Of a stretch of 64,000 nt of DNA, positions 1-12,148 are shown one piece after another. The position numbers were made by a program, and so were the translations under genes. The stretch is taken from NCBI RefSeq assembly GCF_054482595.1, contig NZ_CM137008.1. One strand, 5' to 3'. The stretch's first letter is position 1; every line of letters starts with the position of its first letter. The notes below the pieces were generated by a model. That model worked only from the letters and a program-made list of their open reading frames with translations, was not told where the DNA came from and did not search any database.

Positions 1-320
1 TACTGGAACAGACGGCCCAGGCTTACATTGAATCGCATGGTGCCATTGAACGTCATCTTGGGTGTAGTGACTTTTAACGTCAGGTGATGCATAAGGGCCT
101 TTCGCTGAGAGGCCCTGTTTACACAATTAAATAAATCGAGCCCGACCAACAATTTTGATGTTAACAGCAGGATTATTGAGGGGCAATCAATGTGTTCTTC
201 GGTAGCGATTACGGTAGTGAACGGACCTGCTGTCTGAATGGCATCGATCCGCAAGCGTATCGGCGCCATATTCTGAGCGTACTACTGAAATGGCTAATGG
301 CAGTAAAGAGAGACTTTACG
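1..320 (+). mobile_element. IS66-family element remnant: degraded 3' end of tnpC plus right terminus
   Basis: Translation of about 230-300 gives GIDPQAYRRHILSVL, resembling the IS66 TnpC C-terminal motif; upstream frames are broken; a terminal sequence similar to the other IS66 ends in the window lies near 314-322. Boundaries approximate. Confidence 0.5.
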
Positions 321-407
321 TATATTTGCATAAAGCAGGATTTTACGACTAGTCAACATTCTTTATAATTCTTCAGGTTCAGAGTATCTGACATATAGGG
401 TTATGTA

Positions 408-1124
408 TTGGGGAGACATTTAATGTTTGGCCATCTGTTACGATACTTTAGTTTCTGTAAAAAAGATTTATTAGTATTTCATCCTGAATCTGATTACTCA
501 GATAATTTACATAAAGCCTTCTCTTTTACAAAAAGGCTAGGATTTAATGAAGAATGGAATGGGGTCACAAAAAACAAAGAATATGATTATCAGGATGTCT
601 TCAGTCATGTCTGTCTGCAGTCTGGTGTGACAGACTTTTCCGCTTCAGCAGGACAATGCTTAAAGTGGAGTCATTATTTTCAGCCATATTTTGAGAATAT
701 CCTTGAATGTCGGGTATGGGTTACCGTTGGACAACTCTGGAAACAGGAACGATTTATTTACAATCCGTCAGTTGCGGATTTTCAGCGCTGGTCTGAAAAA
801 GGGATTCAGCCTGAAGATTTTAGACATCACTCGGGGTTTAACTTTCATGCGTGGTTGACGACGGAAAATGGTGTGATTGTGGATGTTTCCTTTATGAGTA
901 CGTTATCGCGGCGATTACCTGAACACCTGAGTGAAGTCAGTGGAAGTGTGATTATTGGCACGCCAGAGACGGTTCTTCCTGAGTATAAATATGTTCCCAT
1001 GATTGTCGGTCAGAGGATTGTTGAGAAAATAGAAAAACGCTCTTTCATTGGTTTTCTGGCGCACGACGATATTGATTTATATACAGTACCTGCAATCTTG
1101 GTTCCGGTATGGAAAGAATGTTAA
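408..1124 (+). CDS. hypothetical protein, 238 aa, no domain recognised
   Basis: Intact ORF preceded by an AT-rich region (about 320-407); no similarity to any family I can name; lies between an IS66 remnant and an IS21-like remnant. Confidence 0.4.
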   Translation: MGRHLMFGHLLRYFSFCKKDLLVFHPESDYSDNLHKAFSFTKRLGFNEEWNGVTKNKEYDYQDVFSHVCLQSGVTDFSASAGQCLKWSHYFQPYFENILECRVWVTVGQLWKQERFIYNPSVADFQRWSEKGIQPEDFRHHSGFNFHAWLTTENGVIVDVSFMSTLSRRLPEHLSEVSGSVIIGTPETVLPEYKYVPMIVGQRIVEKIEKRSFIGFLAHDDIDLYTVPAILVPVWKEC

Positions 1125-1443
1125 AGCACGGAATAACACTATGCACTTACCGCTTTCCGGAACTCAGCTTGTTACCTGAGCGGTCAACAGAGCAGTCTTT
1201 CAGTGTCTGCACTTGGTTGCCACTAAACCGGAGTCATTTATCAGAAGTATATGTTCATGGAAGGATATTGTCAGCGCCAGTGATATAAGACGGTAATGAG
1301 GATAGCCATCCCGCATGGGTTTCCTCAACACTGGTCACTGTGACAAGCGCACCATGATCGTCTTTGTATCGCTGATTGACTTTCGATAATAGAACATCTT
1401 CTGACATAAATTTTAGTACGGTAACAATTAACTAAATTTTCAT

Positions 1444-1800
1444 GTGGTAGCACTGAATCAGGAGACTGCGTTTCCTGATGTGTGCTTCTGCAGCCGTTAC
1501 CGGATACAGACTTCGATACCAGTTACTTCGACATCCGCCATGTGTCCTGGGACCCGCTATAACGAAGTTGGAGGTAATCAGTACAGCGTTCCCGAAATGC
1601 TGTGTGGTCAGCCAGTCTCGATACGAATATCGCTGAACGATGAGTTGCGGATCTACAGTAATGAGAAACTGGTGGCCTCACATCGCCTCTGCTCAGTGTC
1701 GTCTGGCTAGCAGATAGTACCGGAACCTCACGCCCCGCTCTGGCAGCAGATCAGTCAGGTGGAACATCGACCACTGAGTGCCTATGAGGAGCTGTTGTGA
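1444..1800 (+). pseudogene. IS21-family IstA transposase C-terminal fragment
   Basis: ORF 1444..1710 contains YSVP...RIYSNEKLVASH, typical of the IstA C-terminal region; downstream frame continues to ...RPLSAYEELL; N-terminal part absent. Confidence 0.4.
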
Positions 1801-1819
1801 TGCATGTGTCAACGACGGA

Positions 1820-3590
<1,771 letters not shown>

Positions 3591-3859
3591 TACACCAGCG
3601 AAACCACACAGGTAGCTATTACCATATGTGGTAATACACTAGTTACAGGAAAAACATGCAGGTTCCGCAATACGTTGTGTGTTGCTGCTTAGTCAGGATC
3701 TTTTCTTCCATGCGAGATACGACAACACTTTTGAGGAAAGATGTTCACAACTGGTGGGGCGATTGCAACAGGTTTGTGCAGAACTCCCCCCGGATGGCAA
3801 TGCAGGGGGGAAAGGATTTTTCAGGTTGACCGCCCAGGTACATCAAATCAGTATGCTGC

Positions 3860-4585
3860 TCACGCCTGACGGTGCGATGAGTAATGTATTTCATACTCTT
3901 CCCGGTAGAGAGTTTCCCCCCAAAGAACCGGTTTATTCTCAGCAGTCAAATAAGTATGTTGTCGTACCAGAATTGGGCGGGAACGCTTTATTTTCAGCTT
4001 CTGGGCCGCATCCCGGCTGGGCAGCGCCACATGAACCTGGTTGGCAATTGTCTGTATCTCTATGCGAAGTGCCTGCTCAAAAATGTTTTGCAACGCATGG
4101 ACTTCCAGTTCCTGCTTATCTATTTGCAGGGCAAGAATTGAAGGCATATAACGAATTTCGAATGCAATTGGCTGCTGATTTATCAAGCGCAACCTTAACA
4201 GCCGATGGATGCTCTCTTTGCCTGATAACATCAGTTTTGTCCGTAAGAGTTCTGACGTTGAGACAGGTGCGAATTCGACGAGTTGATATTCGAGGTGTTT
4301 GTCGACACCAACCAGATCTTTTTCAAAAAATCCAAGAGATTGCGTATCCATTACGGTGATAATGGAAGGTTTTTTAACGAAGGTTCCACGTCCCCGAATG
4401 CGTTCAATCAATCCATCCGTAAGAAGACCCTGCATCGCATGGACCACTGTCGCTCGGGTGGTATTAAATTGGGCTGCAAGTTCGTTTTCAGAAGGTAAGC
4501 GTTCGCCTTGTTTATATACATTTTGTGCTATTCCATTGCGTAATGCTTCTCTGATCTGCAGGTAAATTGGCAAATTGCGATGCAT
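3860..4585 (-). CDS. GntR family transcriptional regulator (HutC/FarR subfamily, UTRA effector domain)
   Basis: 241 aa; N-terminal winged HTH motif (LPSENELAAQFNTTRATVVHAMQGL) followed by a UTRA-like C-terminal domain; divergent from the downstream operon. Confidence 0.85.
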   Translation of the reverse strand: MHRNLPIYLQIREALRNGIAQNVYKQGERLPSENELAAQFNTTRATVVHAMQGLLTDGLIERIRGRGTFVKKPSIITVMDTQSLGFFEKDLVGVDKHLEYQLVEFAPVSTSELLRTKLMLSGKESIHRLLRLRLINQQPIAFEIRYMPSILALQIDKQELEVHALQNIFEQALRIEIQTIANQVHVALPSRDAAQKLKIKRSRPILVRQHTYLTAENKPVLWGETLYREEYEIHYSSHRQA

Positions 4586-4608
4586 GTCAAATTAATCCTT
4601 CATTCTAA

Positions 4609-4630
4609 GTTGCATAGTCAACTATACAAC
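4609..4630. promoter_or_regulatory. near-palindromic 22 bp candidate operator in the divergent promoter region
   Basis: gttgcatagtcaactatacaac is an imperfect palindrome in the 122 bp intergenic region between the GntR gene and the amidohydrolase gene. Coordinates approximate. Confidence 0.3.
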
Positions 4631-4707
4631 TTCAAGGGTGACGGTATGTCATTTTAGCAGATATCACCTTCAGGTGTGGTCAGTTAAACATAAATGAGTT
4701 AGAGAAA

Positions 4708-5505
4708 ATGATTTTTGATACGCATGCGCATGTTTTTGTTCGAGGATTACCATTAGCGGAACATTGCCGATATGTTCCTGATTACGACGCCACACCGGAG
4801 AGTTATCTGACTCACTTGGATCGGTTTGGCATTGATGTTGGTATTCTGGTGCAACCCAGTTTTCTGGGGACGGATAACCACTATATGCTTGAGGCTCTTC
4901 GCCGTTACCCTACCCGGTTTCGTGGTGTAGCCGTTGTGGATCCAAACATTACGCGCTGTAAACTGGATGAAATGGCAAAATTAGGGGTCACTGGTATCCG
5001 CTTAAATTTAGTCGGCGTGGAAATTCCCGATCTTACGCAACCTGCATGGCAACACCTGTTAGAACATATTAAAGCCCTGGGATGGCATGTTGAGCTACAC
5101 AGAGCTGCGCGCGACTTGCCAGCGTTAATTACGGTATTACTTAAATCCGGTGTAAAGATTGTCGTTGACCATTTCGCGTTGCCTTCTCAGGAAGAGAAAC
5201 AAAACGATCCCGGATTTCAGTTTCTCCTTGAGCATGCAGAAACGCAGCAAATCTGGTTGAAACTTTCTGGCGCCTATCGCAATGGCAGTACTGAAACTCT
5301 CAACGATAACGTGGCACCGTTAATTCCTCTCCTGCTGCAGCATTTTGGACCTGCACATTTATTGTGGGGTAGCGACTGGCCACATACTCGATACGAAAAT
5401 GTCGTCAATTATCAAAAAACGTTCGAGTTACTGACGCAGCAAATACCTGATAAAGAAATGAGAAATAAAATTTTATCGGTTAGTGCAGAATCACTTATCG
5501 ATTAG
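4708..5505 (+). CDS. Amidohydro_2 family metal-dependent hydrolase (lactonase/decarboxylase-type TIM barrel)
   Basis: 265 aa; N-terminal DTHAHVF metal-binding motif and C-terminal WGSDWPH motif characteristic of the amidohydrolase-2 (LigI-like) family. Confidence 0.8.
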   Translation: MIFDTHAHVFVRGLPLAEHCRYVPDYDATPESYLTHLDRFGIDVGILVQPSFLGTDNHYMLEALRRYPTRFRGVAVVDPNITRCKLDEMAKLGVTGIRLNLVGVEIPDLTQPAWQHLLEHIKALGWHVELHRAARDLPALITVLLKSGVKIVVDHFALPSQEEKQNDPGFQFLLEHAETQQIWLKLSGAYRNGSTETLNDNVAPLIPLLLQHFGPAHLLWGSDWPHTRYENVVNYQKTFELLTQQIPDKEMRNKILSVSAESLID

Positions 5506-5536
5506 TTGGATTGAGAATATAGTCGAAAGGTATATC

Positions 5537-6886
5537 ATGAGCATATTTTATAAAAAAAGCTGGTACAAGTGGATTGTATTGGTGGTTTGTATTCTTGCCT
5601 ATTCATCAGGAAACCTGGTGCGCTGGAATTATACGGGAATATCGCAATATCTTATTGGTGAATGGCACATTGGAAAAGAAGAATTGGGGATCCTTGGTTC
5701 CGCATTCTTTTATGCCTACGCGATTGGGCAAAGTCCCTGGGGAACACTTACCGATATATTAGGCGGACGCAGAGTTATTTCTATCGGTATTTTAATTACC
5801 GCTATTATGTTCTCTCTCTTTGCTTTTGCGGGTGGCTACCATGCCGCTATCATCATTCGAGTATTAATGGGATTTGTTGGGGCGGCAACATTTGTGCCTT
5901 GTATGGCGGTACTTTCTCGCTGGTTTAGTAAAAAGGAGCGAGGTATGGTGCTGAATATCTTCTCTGGCACAGGTGGTGGATTAGGTGAGCTGTGGTCCTT
6001 TTTATTAATGCCATTGATTTCATTATTTATGGTAGGCGGCGCTACCGTGCTTGGCCTGAGCTCCTGGCGTGCATCTACGCTAATTATGGCGTTTGTCACA
6101 CTGGCGATCATGATCCTCTGTTTTGTCGGTATGCGCTCCGACCCGTCGGAATTAGGTCTTCCGTCCGTTGTTGAACAGGAGACGCGTAAGCAGGCGAAAG
6201 AACATAGCTATGCCAGGACACTGCTTAATGCGTTGCGCGATCCGTGGTTCTGGGTCATTACATTCGCCTGGCAAGGTTTTACCGTTTCTCTGCGTCTGCT
6301 ACCGGCCTGGTTGCCTATCTATGCGGCAGCTTACTACAAACAGACACAGGGATTATCCAGCGTTGAGGCGATGGTCGCAGGAGGTATGATAGCATCAGTG
6401 TATGTTGCCGGACGTATTTTGGGAACGCCTGTCTTTGGCAAATTATCTGACTTTTTGCTTGTCAGTTATAACGTACCAAGAACATTGATTATTGCTTGCT
6501 TCCATATCTTTATTACCGTCTCAATGTTTGCTCTTAGCCATCAAATGCCTTCCACATTTTTATTTGCAGTTCTGGTTTTTGTGATTGGTGCCGCGATAAA
6601 TATGTTCCCTCTGGTTAATGCAGTCGTCGCAGAAATCTGGCCGGTTAAAACGGGGGGCGCGTTAATGGGGATGGTGAATACGGTTGGGCAGTTAATAGGT
6701 GCCTCAGCGTTGGCCTACAGTGGTTTTATGGCAGAAAAATTTTCCATAGCCGGAGCAGGATACAGTTTTGAGTATCGTGGCATTTGGTATTTGGCAATGA
6801 TATTCAGTTCAATATCTATCCTGGCGTCTCTGTTGGCGATGCATCGCGAAAAACAAAGTATTCGGGAAAATGCCTTGAGTCATTAA
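5537..6886 (+). CDS. MFS transporter
   Basis: About 449 aa from the ATG with upstream AAAGG RBS; roughly 12 predicted TM segments; the longer track ORF (5483) is an upstream extension. Stop is 5 bp before the citC ATG. Confidence 0.8.
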   Translation: MSIFYKKSWYKWIVLVVCILAYSSGNLVRWNYTGISQYLIGEWHIGKEELGILGSAFFYAYAIGQSPWGTLTDILGGRRVISIGILITAIMFSLFAFAGGYHAAIIIRVLMGFVGAATFVPCMAVLSRWFSKKERGMVLNIFSGTGGGLGELWSFLLMPLISLFMVGGATVLGLSSWRASTLIMAFVTLAIMILCFVGMRSDPSELGLPSVVEQETRKQAKEHSYARTLLNALRDPWFWVITFAWQGFTVSLRLLPAWLPIYAAAYYKQTQGLSSVEAMVAGGMIASVYVAGRILGTPVFGKLSDFLLVSYNVPRTLIIACFHIFITVSMFALSHQMPSTFLFAVLVFVIGAAINMFPLVNAVVAEIWPVKTGGALMGMVNTVGQLIGASALAYSGFMAEKFSIAGAGYSFEYRGIWYLAMIFSSISILASLLAMHREKQSIRENALSH

Positions 6887-6891
6887 GCATA

Positions 6892-7947
6892 ATGTTTAAT
6901 CATATATTTACCCAGGTCAAACGTTCAGAAAATAAAAAAATGGCGGAAATCGCCCAATTCCTGCATGAAAATGATTTGAGCGTTGACACCACTGTCGAAG
7001 TATTTATTACCGTAACCCGCGATGAAAAGCTTATCGCGTGCGGCGGAATTGCCGGAAATATTATTAAATGCGTTGCTATCAGTGAATCCGTTCGCGGTGA
7101 AGGACTGGCGCTGACATTAGCCACCGAACTGATAAACCTCGCCTATGAGCGGCACAGCACGCATCTGTTTATTTATACCAAAACCGAATACGAGGCGCTG
7201 TTCCGCCAGTGCGGTTTTTCCACGCTGACCAGCGTCCCCGGCGTGATGGTGCTGATGGAAAACAGCGCCACGCGACTGAAACGCTATGCCGAATCGCTGA
7301 AAAAATTTCGTCATCCAGGGAACAAGATTGGCTGCATTGTGATGAACGCCAATCCCTTTACGAATGGTCACCGTTATCTGATTCAACAGGCTGCGGCACA
7401 GTGCGACTGGTTGCATCTGTTTTTAGTCAAAGAAGATTCTTCACGCTTCCCCTATGAAGACCGGCTGGATCTGGTGTTAAAAGGCACCGCCGATATTCCA
7501 CGCCTGACCGTGCATCGCGGCTCCGAATACATCATCTCCCGCGCTACGTTCCCTTGCTACTTCATTAAAGAACAGAGCGTCATTAACCATTGTTACACCG
7601 AAATTGATCTGAAGATTTTCCGTCAGTACCTCGCTCCCGCGCTGGGTGTAACTCACCGCTTTGTCGGTACTGAACCCTTTTGTCGCGTTACCGCCCAGTA
7701 CAACCAGGATATGCGCTACTGGCTGGAAACGCCGACTATCTCCGCACCGCCCATCGAACTGGTTGAAATTGAGCGGCTGTGTTACCAGGAGATGCCGATA
7801 TCCGCTTCCCGGGTACGCCAACTGCTGGCGAAAAACGATCTCACGGCTATCGCGCCGCTGGTCCCTGCAGTCACGCTGCATTATTTGCAGAACCTGCTTG
7901 AGCACTCCCGCCAGGACGCGGCAGCTCGTCAAAAGACCCCCGCATGA
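6892..7947 (+). CDS. citC: [citrate (pro-3S)-lyase] ligase
   Basis: Sequence recognised as CitC (MFNHIFTQVKRSENKKMAEIAQFL..., NANPFTNGHRYL motif); the track ORF starting at 6784 is an in-frame extension overlapping the MFS gene. Confidence 0.9.
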   Translation: MFNHIFTQVKRSENKKMAEIAQFLHENDLSVDTTVEVFITVTRDEKLIACGGIAGNIIKCVAISESVRGEGLALTLATELINLAYERHSTHLFIYTKTEYEALFRQCGFSTLTSVPGVMVLMENSATRLKRYAESLKKFRHPGNKIGCIVMNANPFTNGHRYLIQQAAAQCDWLHLFLVKEDSSRFPYEDRLDLVLKGTADIPRLTVHRGSEYIISRATFPCYFIKEQSVINHCYTEIDLKIFRQYLAPALGVTHRFVGTEPFCRVTAQYNQDMRYWLETPTISAPPIELVEIERLCYQEMPISASRVRQLLAKNDLTAIAPLVPAVTLHYLQNLLEHSRQDAAARQKTPA

Positions 7948-7961
7948 GAAACAGGTGAAAA

Positions 7962-8258
7962 ATGAAAATAAACCAGCCCGCCGTTGCAGGCACCCTTGAG
8001 TCTGGGGATGTGATGATACGCATCGCCCCACTCGATACGCAGGATATCGACCTGCAAATCAACAGCAGCGTTGAGAAACAGTTTGGCGATGCCATTCGCA
8101 CCACCATTCTGGACGTTCTCGCCCGCTACAACGTGCGCGGCGTACAGCTGAATGTCGATGACAAAGGCGCACTGGACTGCATTTTACGTGCACGACTGGA
8201 AGCCCTGCTGGCACGCGCCAGCGGTATCCCGGCTCTGCCATGGGAGGATTGCCAATGA
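7962..8258 (+). CDS. citD: citrate lyase acyl carrier protein (gamma subunit)
   Basis: 98 aa, [24 protein letters not shown]...; operon position. Confidence 0.9.
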
Positions 8259-9163
8259 TTTCCGCTTCGCTGCAACAACGTAAAACTCGCACCCGCCGCA
8301 GTATGTTGTTTGTACCTGGTGCTAATGCCGCGATGGTCAGCAACTCCTTCATCTACCCGGCTGATGCCCTGATGTTTGACCTCGAAGACTCCGTTGCATT
8401 GCGTGAAAAAGACACCGCCCGCCGCATGGTTTACCACGCGCTGCAACATCCGCTTTATCGCGATATTGAAACCATTGTGCGTGTAAACGCGCTGGATTCC
8501 GAATGGGGTGTTAACGACCTGGAAGCCGTCGTTCGCGGTGGTGCGGACGTTGTGCGTCTGCCGAAAACCGATACCGCTCAGGATGTTCTGGATATCGAAA
8601 AAGAGATCCTGCGTATCGAAAAAGCCTGTGGTCGTGAACCCGGCAGTACCGGCCTGCTGGCGGCGATTGAATCTCCGCTGGGCATTACCCGCGCGGTAGA
8701 AATCGCTCACGCTTCCGAGCGTTTGATCGGTATCGCCCTCGGTGCAGAAGACTATGTGCGCAACCTGCGTACAGAACGCTCCCCGGAAGGAACTGAACTG
8801 CTGTTCGCTCGCTGCTCCATTTTGCAGGCCGCGCGTTCTGCGGGTATTCAGGCGTTCGATACCGTCTATTCCGACGCTAACAACGAAGCCGGATTCCTGC
8901 AAGAAGCCGCCCACATCAAACAGCTGGGCTTTGACGGCAAATCGCTGATCAACCCGCGTCAGATTGATCTGCTGCACAACCTCTACGCACCGACCCAGAA
9001 AGAAGTGGATCACGCCCGCCGCGTCGTAGAAGCCGCTGAAGCCGCCGCTCGCGAAGGCCTCGGCGTGGTTTCCCTGAACGGCAAGATGGTGGACGGTCCG
9101 GTTATCGATCGCGCCCGTCTGGTGCTCTCCCGCGCAGAACTTTCCGGCATCCGCGAAGAATAA
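8255..9163 (+). CDS. citE: citrate lyase beta subunit (citryl-ACP lyase)
   Basis: Starts at the [10 protein letters not shown] methionine, overlapping the citD stop (ATGA); HpcH/HpaI aldolase-type sequence. Confidence 0.9.
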
Positions 9164-9173
9164 GGCAATCAAA

Positions 9174-10706
9174 ATGACGCAGAAAATTGAACAATCTCAA
9201 CGACAAGAACGGGTAGCGGCCTGGAATCGTCGCGCTGAATGCGATCTTGCCGCTTTCCAGAACTCGCCAAAGCAAACCTACCAGGCTGAAAAAGCGCGCG
9301 ATCGCAAACTGTGCGCCAACCTGGAAGAAGCGATTCGTCGCTCTGGTTTACAGGACGGCATGACGGCTTCCTTCCATCACGCTTTCCGTGGCGGTGACCT
9401 GATCGTCAATATGGTGATGGACGTCATCGCGAAGATGGGCTTTAAAAACCTGACTCTGGCCTCCAGCTCCCTGAGTGATTGCCATGCGCCGCTGGTAGAA
9501 CACATTCGCCAGGGCGTGGTTACCCGCATTTATACCTCTGGCCTGCGCGGTCCACTGGCGGAAGAAATCTCCCGTGGTCTGCTGGCGGAACCGGTGCAAA
9601 TCCACTCTCACGGCGGACGTGTGCATCTGGTACAGAGCGGCGAACTGAATATCGATGTGGCTTTCCTCGGCGTCCCGTCCTGTGATGAATTCGGTAATGC
9701 CAACGGCTACTCCGGTAAAGCCTGCTGCGGCTCCCTCGGCTATGCAATGGTTGATGCCGACAACGCAAAACAGGTCGTGATGCTTACCGAAGAACTGCTG
9801 CCTTATCCGCATAATCCGGCAAGCATTGAGCAAGATCAGGTTGATCTGATCGTCAAAGTTGATCGCGTTGGCGATGCTGCAAAAATCGGCGCTGGTGCTA
9901 CCCGTATGACCACTAACCCGCGCGAACTGCTTATTGCCCGTAGCGCTGCGGATGTGATTGTTAACTCTGGCTACTTCAAAGAAGGTTTCTCTATGCAGAC
10001 CGGCACCGGCGGCGCTTCGCTGGCGGTAACCCGTTTCCTGGAAGACAAAATGCGTAGCCGCGATATTCGCGCCGACTTCGCCCTCGGCGGTATTACCGCA
10101 ACGATGGTTGATCTGCACGAAAAAGGTCTGATCCGCAAACTGCTGGATGTGCAGAGCTTTGACAGCCATGCTGCGCAATCGCTGGCCCGTAACCCCAATC
10201 ACATCGAAATCAGCGCCAACCAGTACGCTAACTGGGGGTCGAAAGGCGCATCGGTTGATCGTCTCGACGTGGTGGTACTGAGTGCGCTGGAAATTGACAC
10301 CCAGTTCAACGTTAACGTGCTGACCGGCTCTGACGGCGTACTGCGTGGTGCTTCCGGTGGTCACTGCGATACCGCAATTGCCTCTGCGCTTTCCATCATC
10401 GTCGCGCCGCTGGTACGCGGTCGTATTCCGACGCTGGTGGATAACGTGCTGACCTGCATCACCCCGGGCTCCAGTGTCGATATTCTGGTCACAGACCACG
10501 GCATCGCTGTTAACCCGGCACGTCCGGAGCTGGCAGAACGTCTGCAGGAAGCGGGGATCAAAGTGGTTTCTATTGAGTGGCTGCGTGAACGTGCGCGTCT
10601 GCTGACCGGTGAACCACAGCCGATTGAATTCACCGACCGCGTCGTTGCCGTTGTGCGTTACCGCGATGGCTCGGTGATCGATGTTGTGCATCAGGTGAAG
10701 GAATAA
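9174..10706 (+). CDS. citF: citrate lyase alpha subunit (citrate CoA-transferase)
   Basis: 510 aa, recognised as CitF. Confidence 0.95.
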   Translation: MTQKIEQSQRQERVAAWNRRAECDLAAFQNSPKQTYQAEKARDRKLCANLEEAIRRSGLQDGMTASFHHAFRGGDLIVNMVMDVIAKMGFKNLTLASSSLSDCHAPLVEHIRQGVVTRIYTSGLRGPLAEEISRGLLAEPVQIHSHGGRVHLVQSGELNIDVAFLGVPSCDEFGNANGYSGKACCGSLGYAMVDADNAKQVVMLTEELLPYPHNPASIEQDQVDLIVKVDRVGDAAKIGAGATRMTTNPRELLIARSAADVIVNSGYFKEGFSMQTGTGGASLAVTRFLEDKMRSRDIRADFALGGITATMVDLHEKGLIRKLLDVQSFDSHAAQSLARNPNHIEISANQYANWGSKGASVDRLDVVVLSALEIDTQFNVNVLTGSDGVLRGASGGHCDTAIASALSIIVAPLVRGRIPTLVDNVLTCITPGSSVDILVTDHGIAVNPARPELAERLQEAGIKVVSIEWLRERARLLTGEPQPIEFTDRVVAVVRYRDGSVIDVVHQVKE

Positions 10707-10709
10707 GTC

Positions 10710-12123
<1,414 letters not shown>

Positions 12124-12148
12124 ATCATTAATATATCCGGAGTTAACT

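Noticed and set aside
8126-9172. 348 aa ORF on the minus strand
   Set aside because: Antisense to citE/citD; artefact of the six-frame track.
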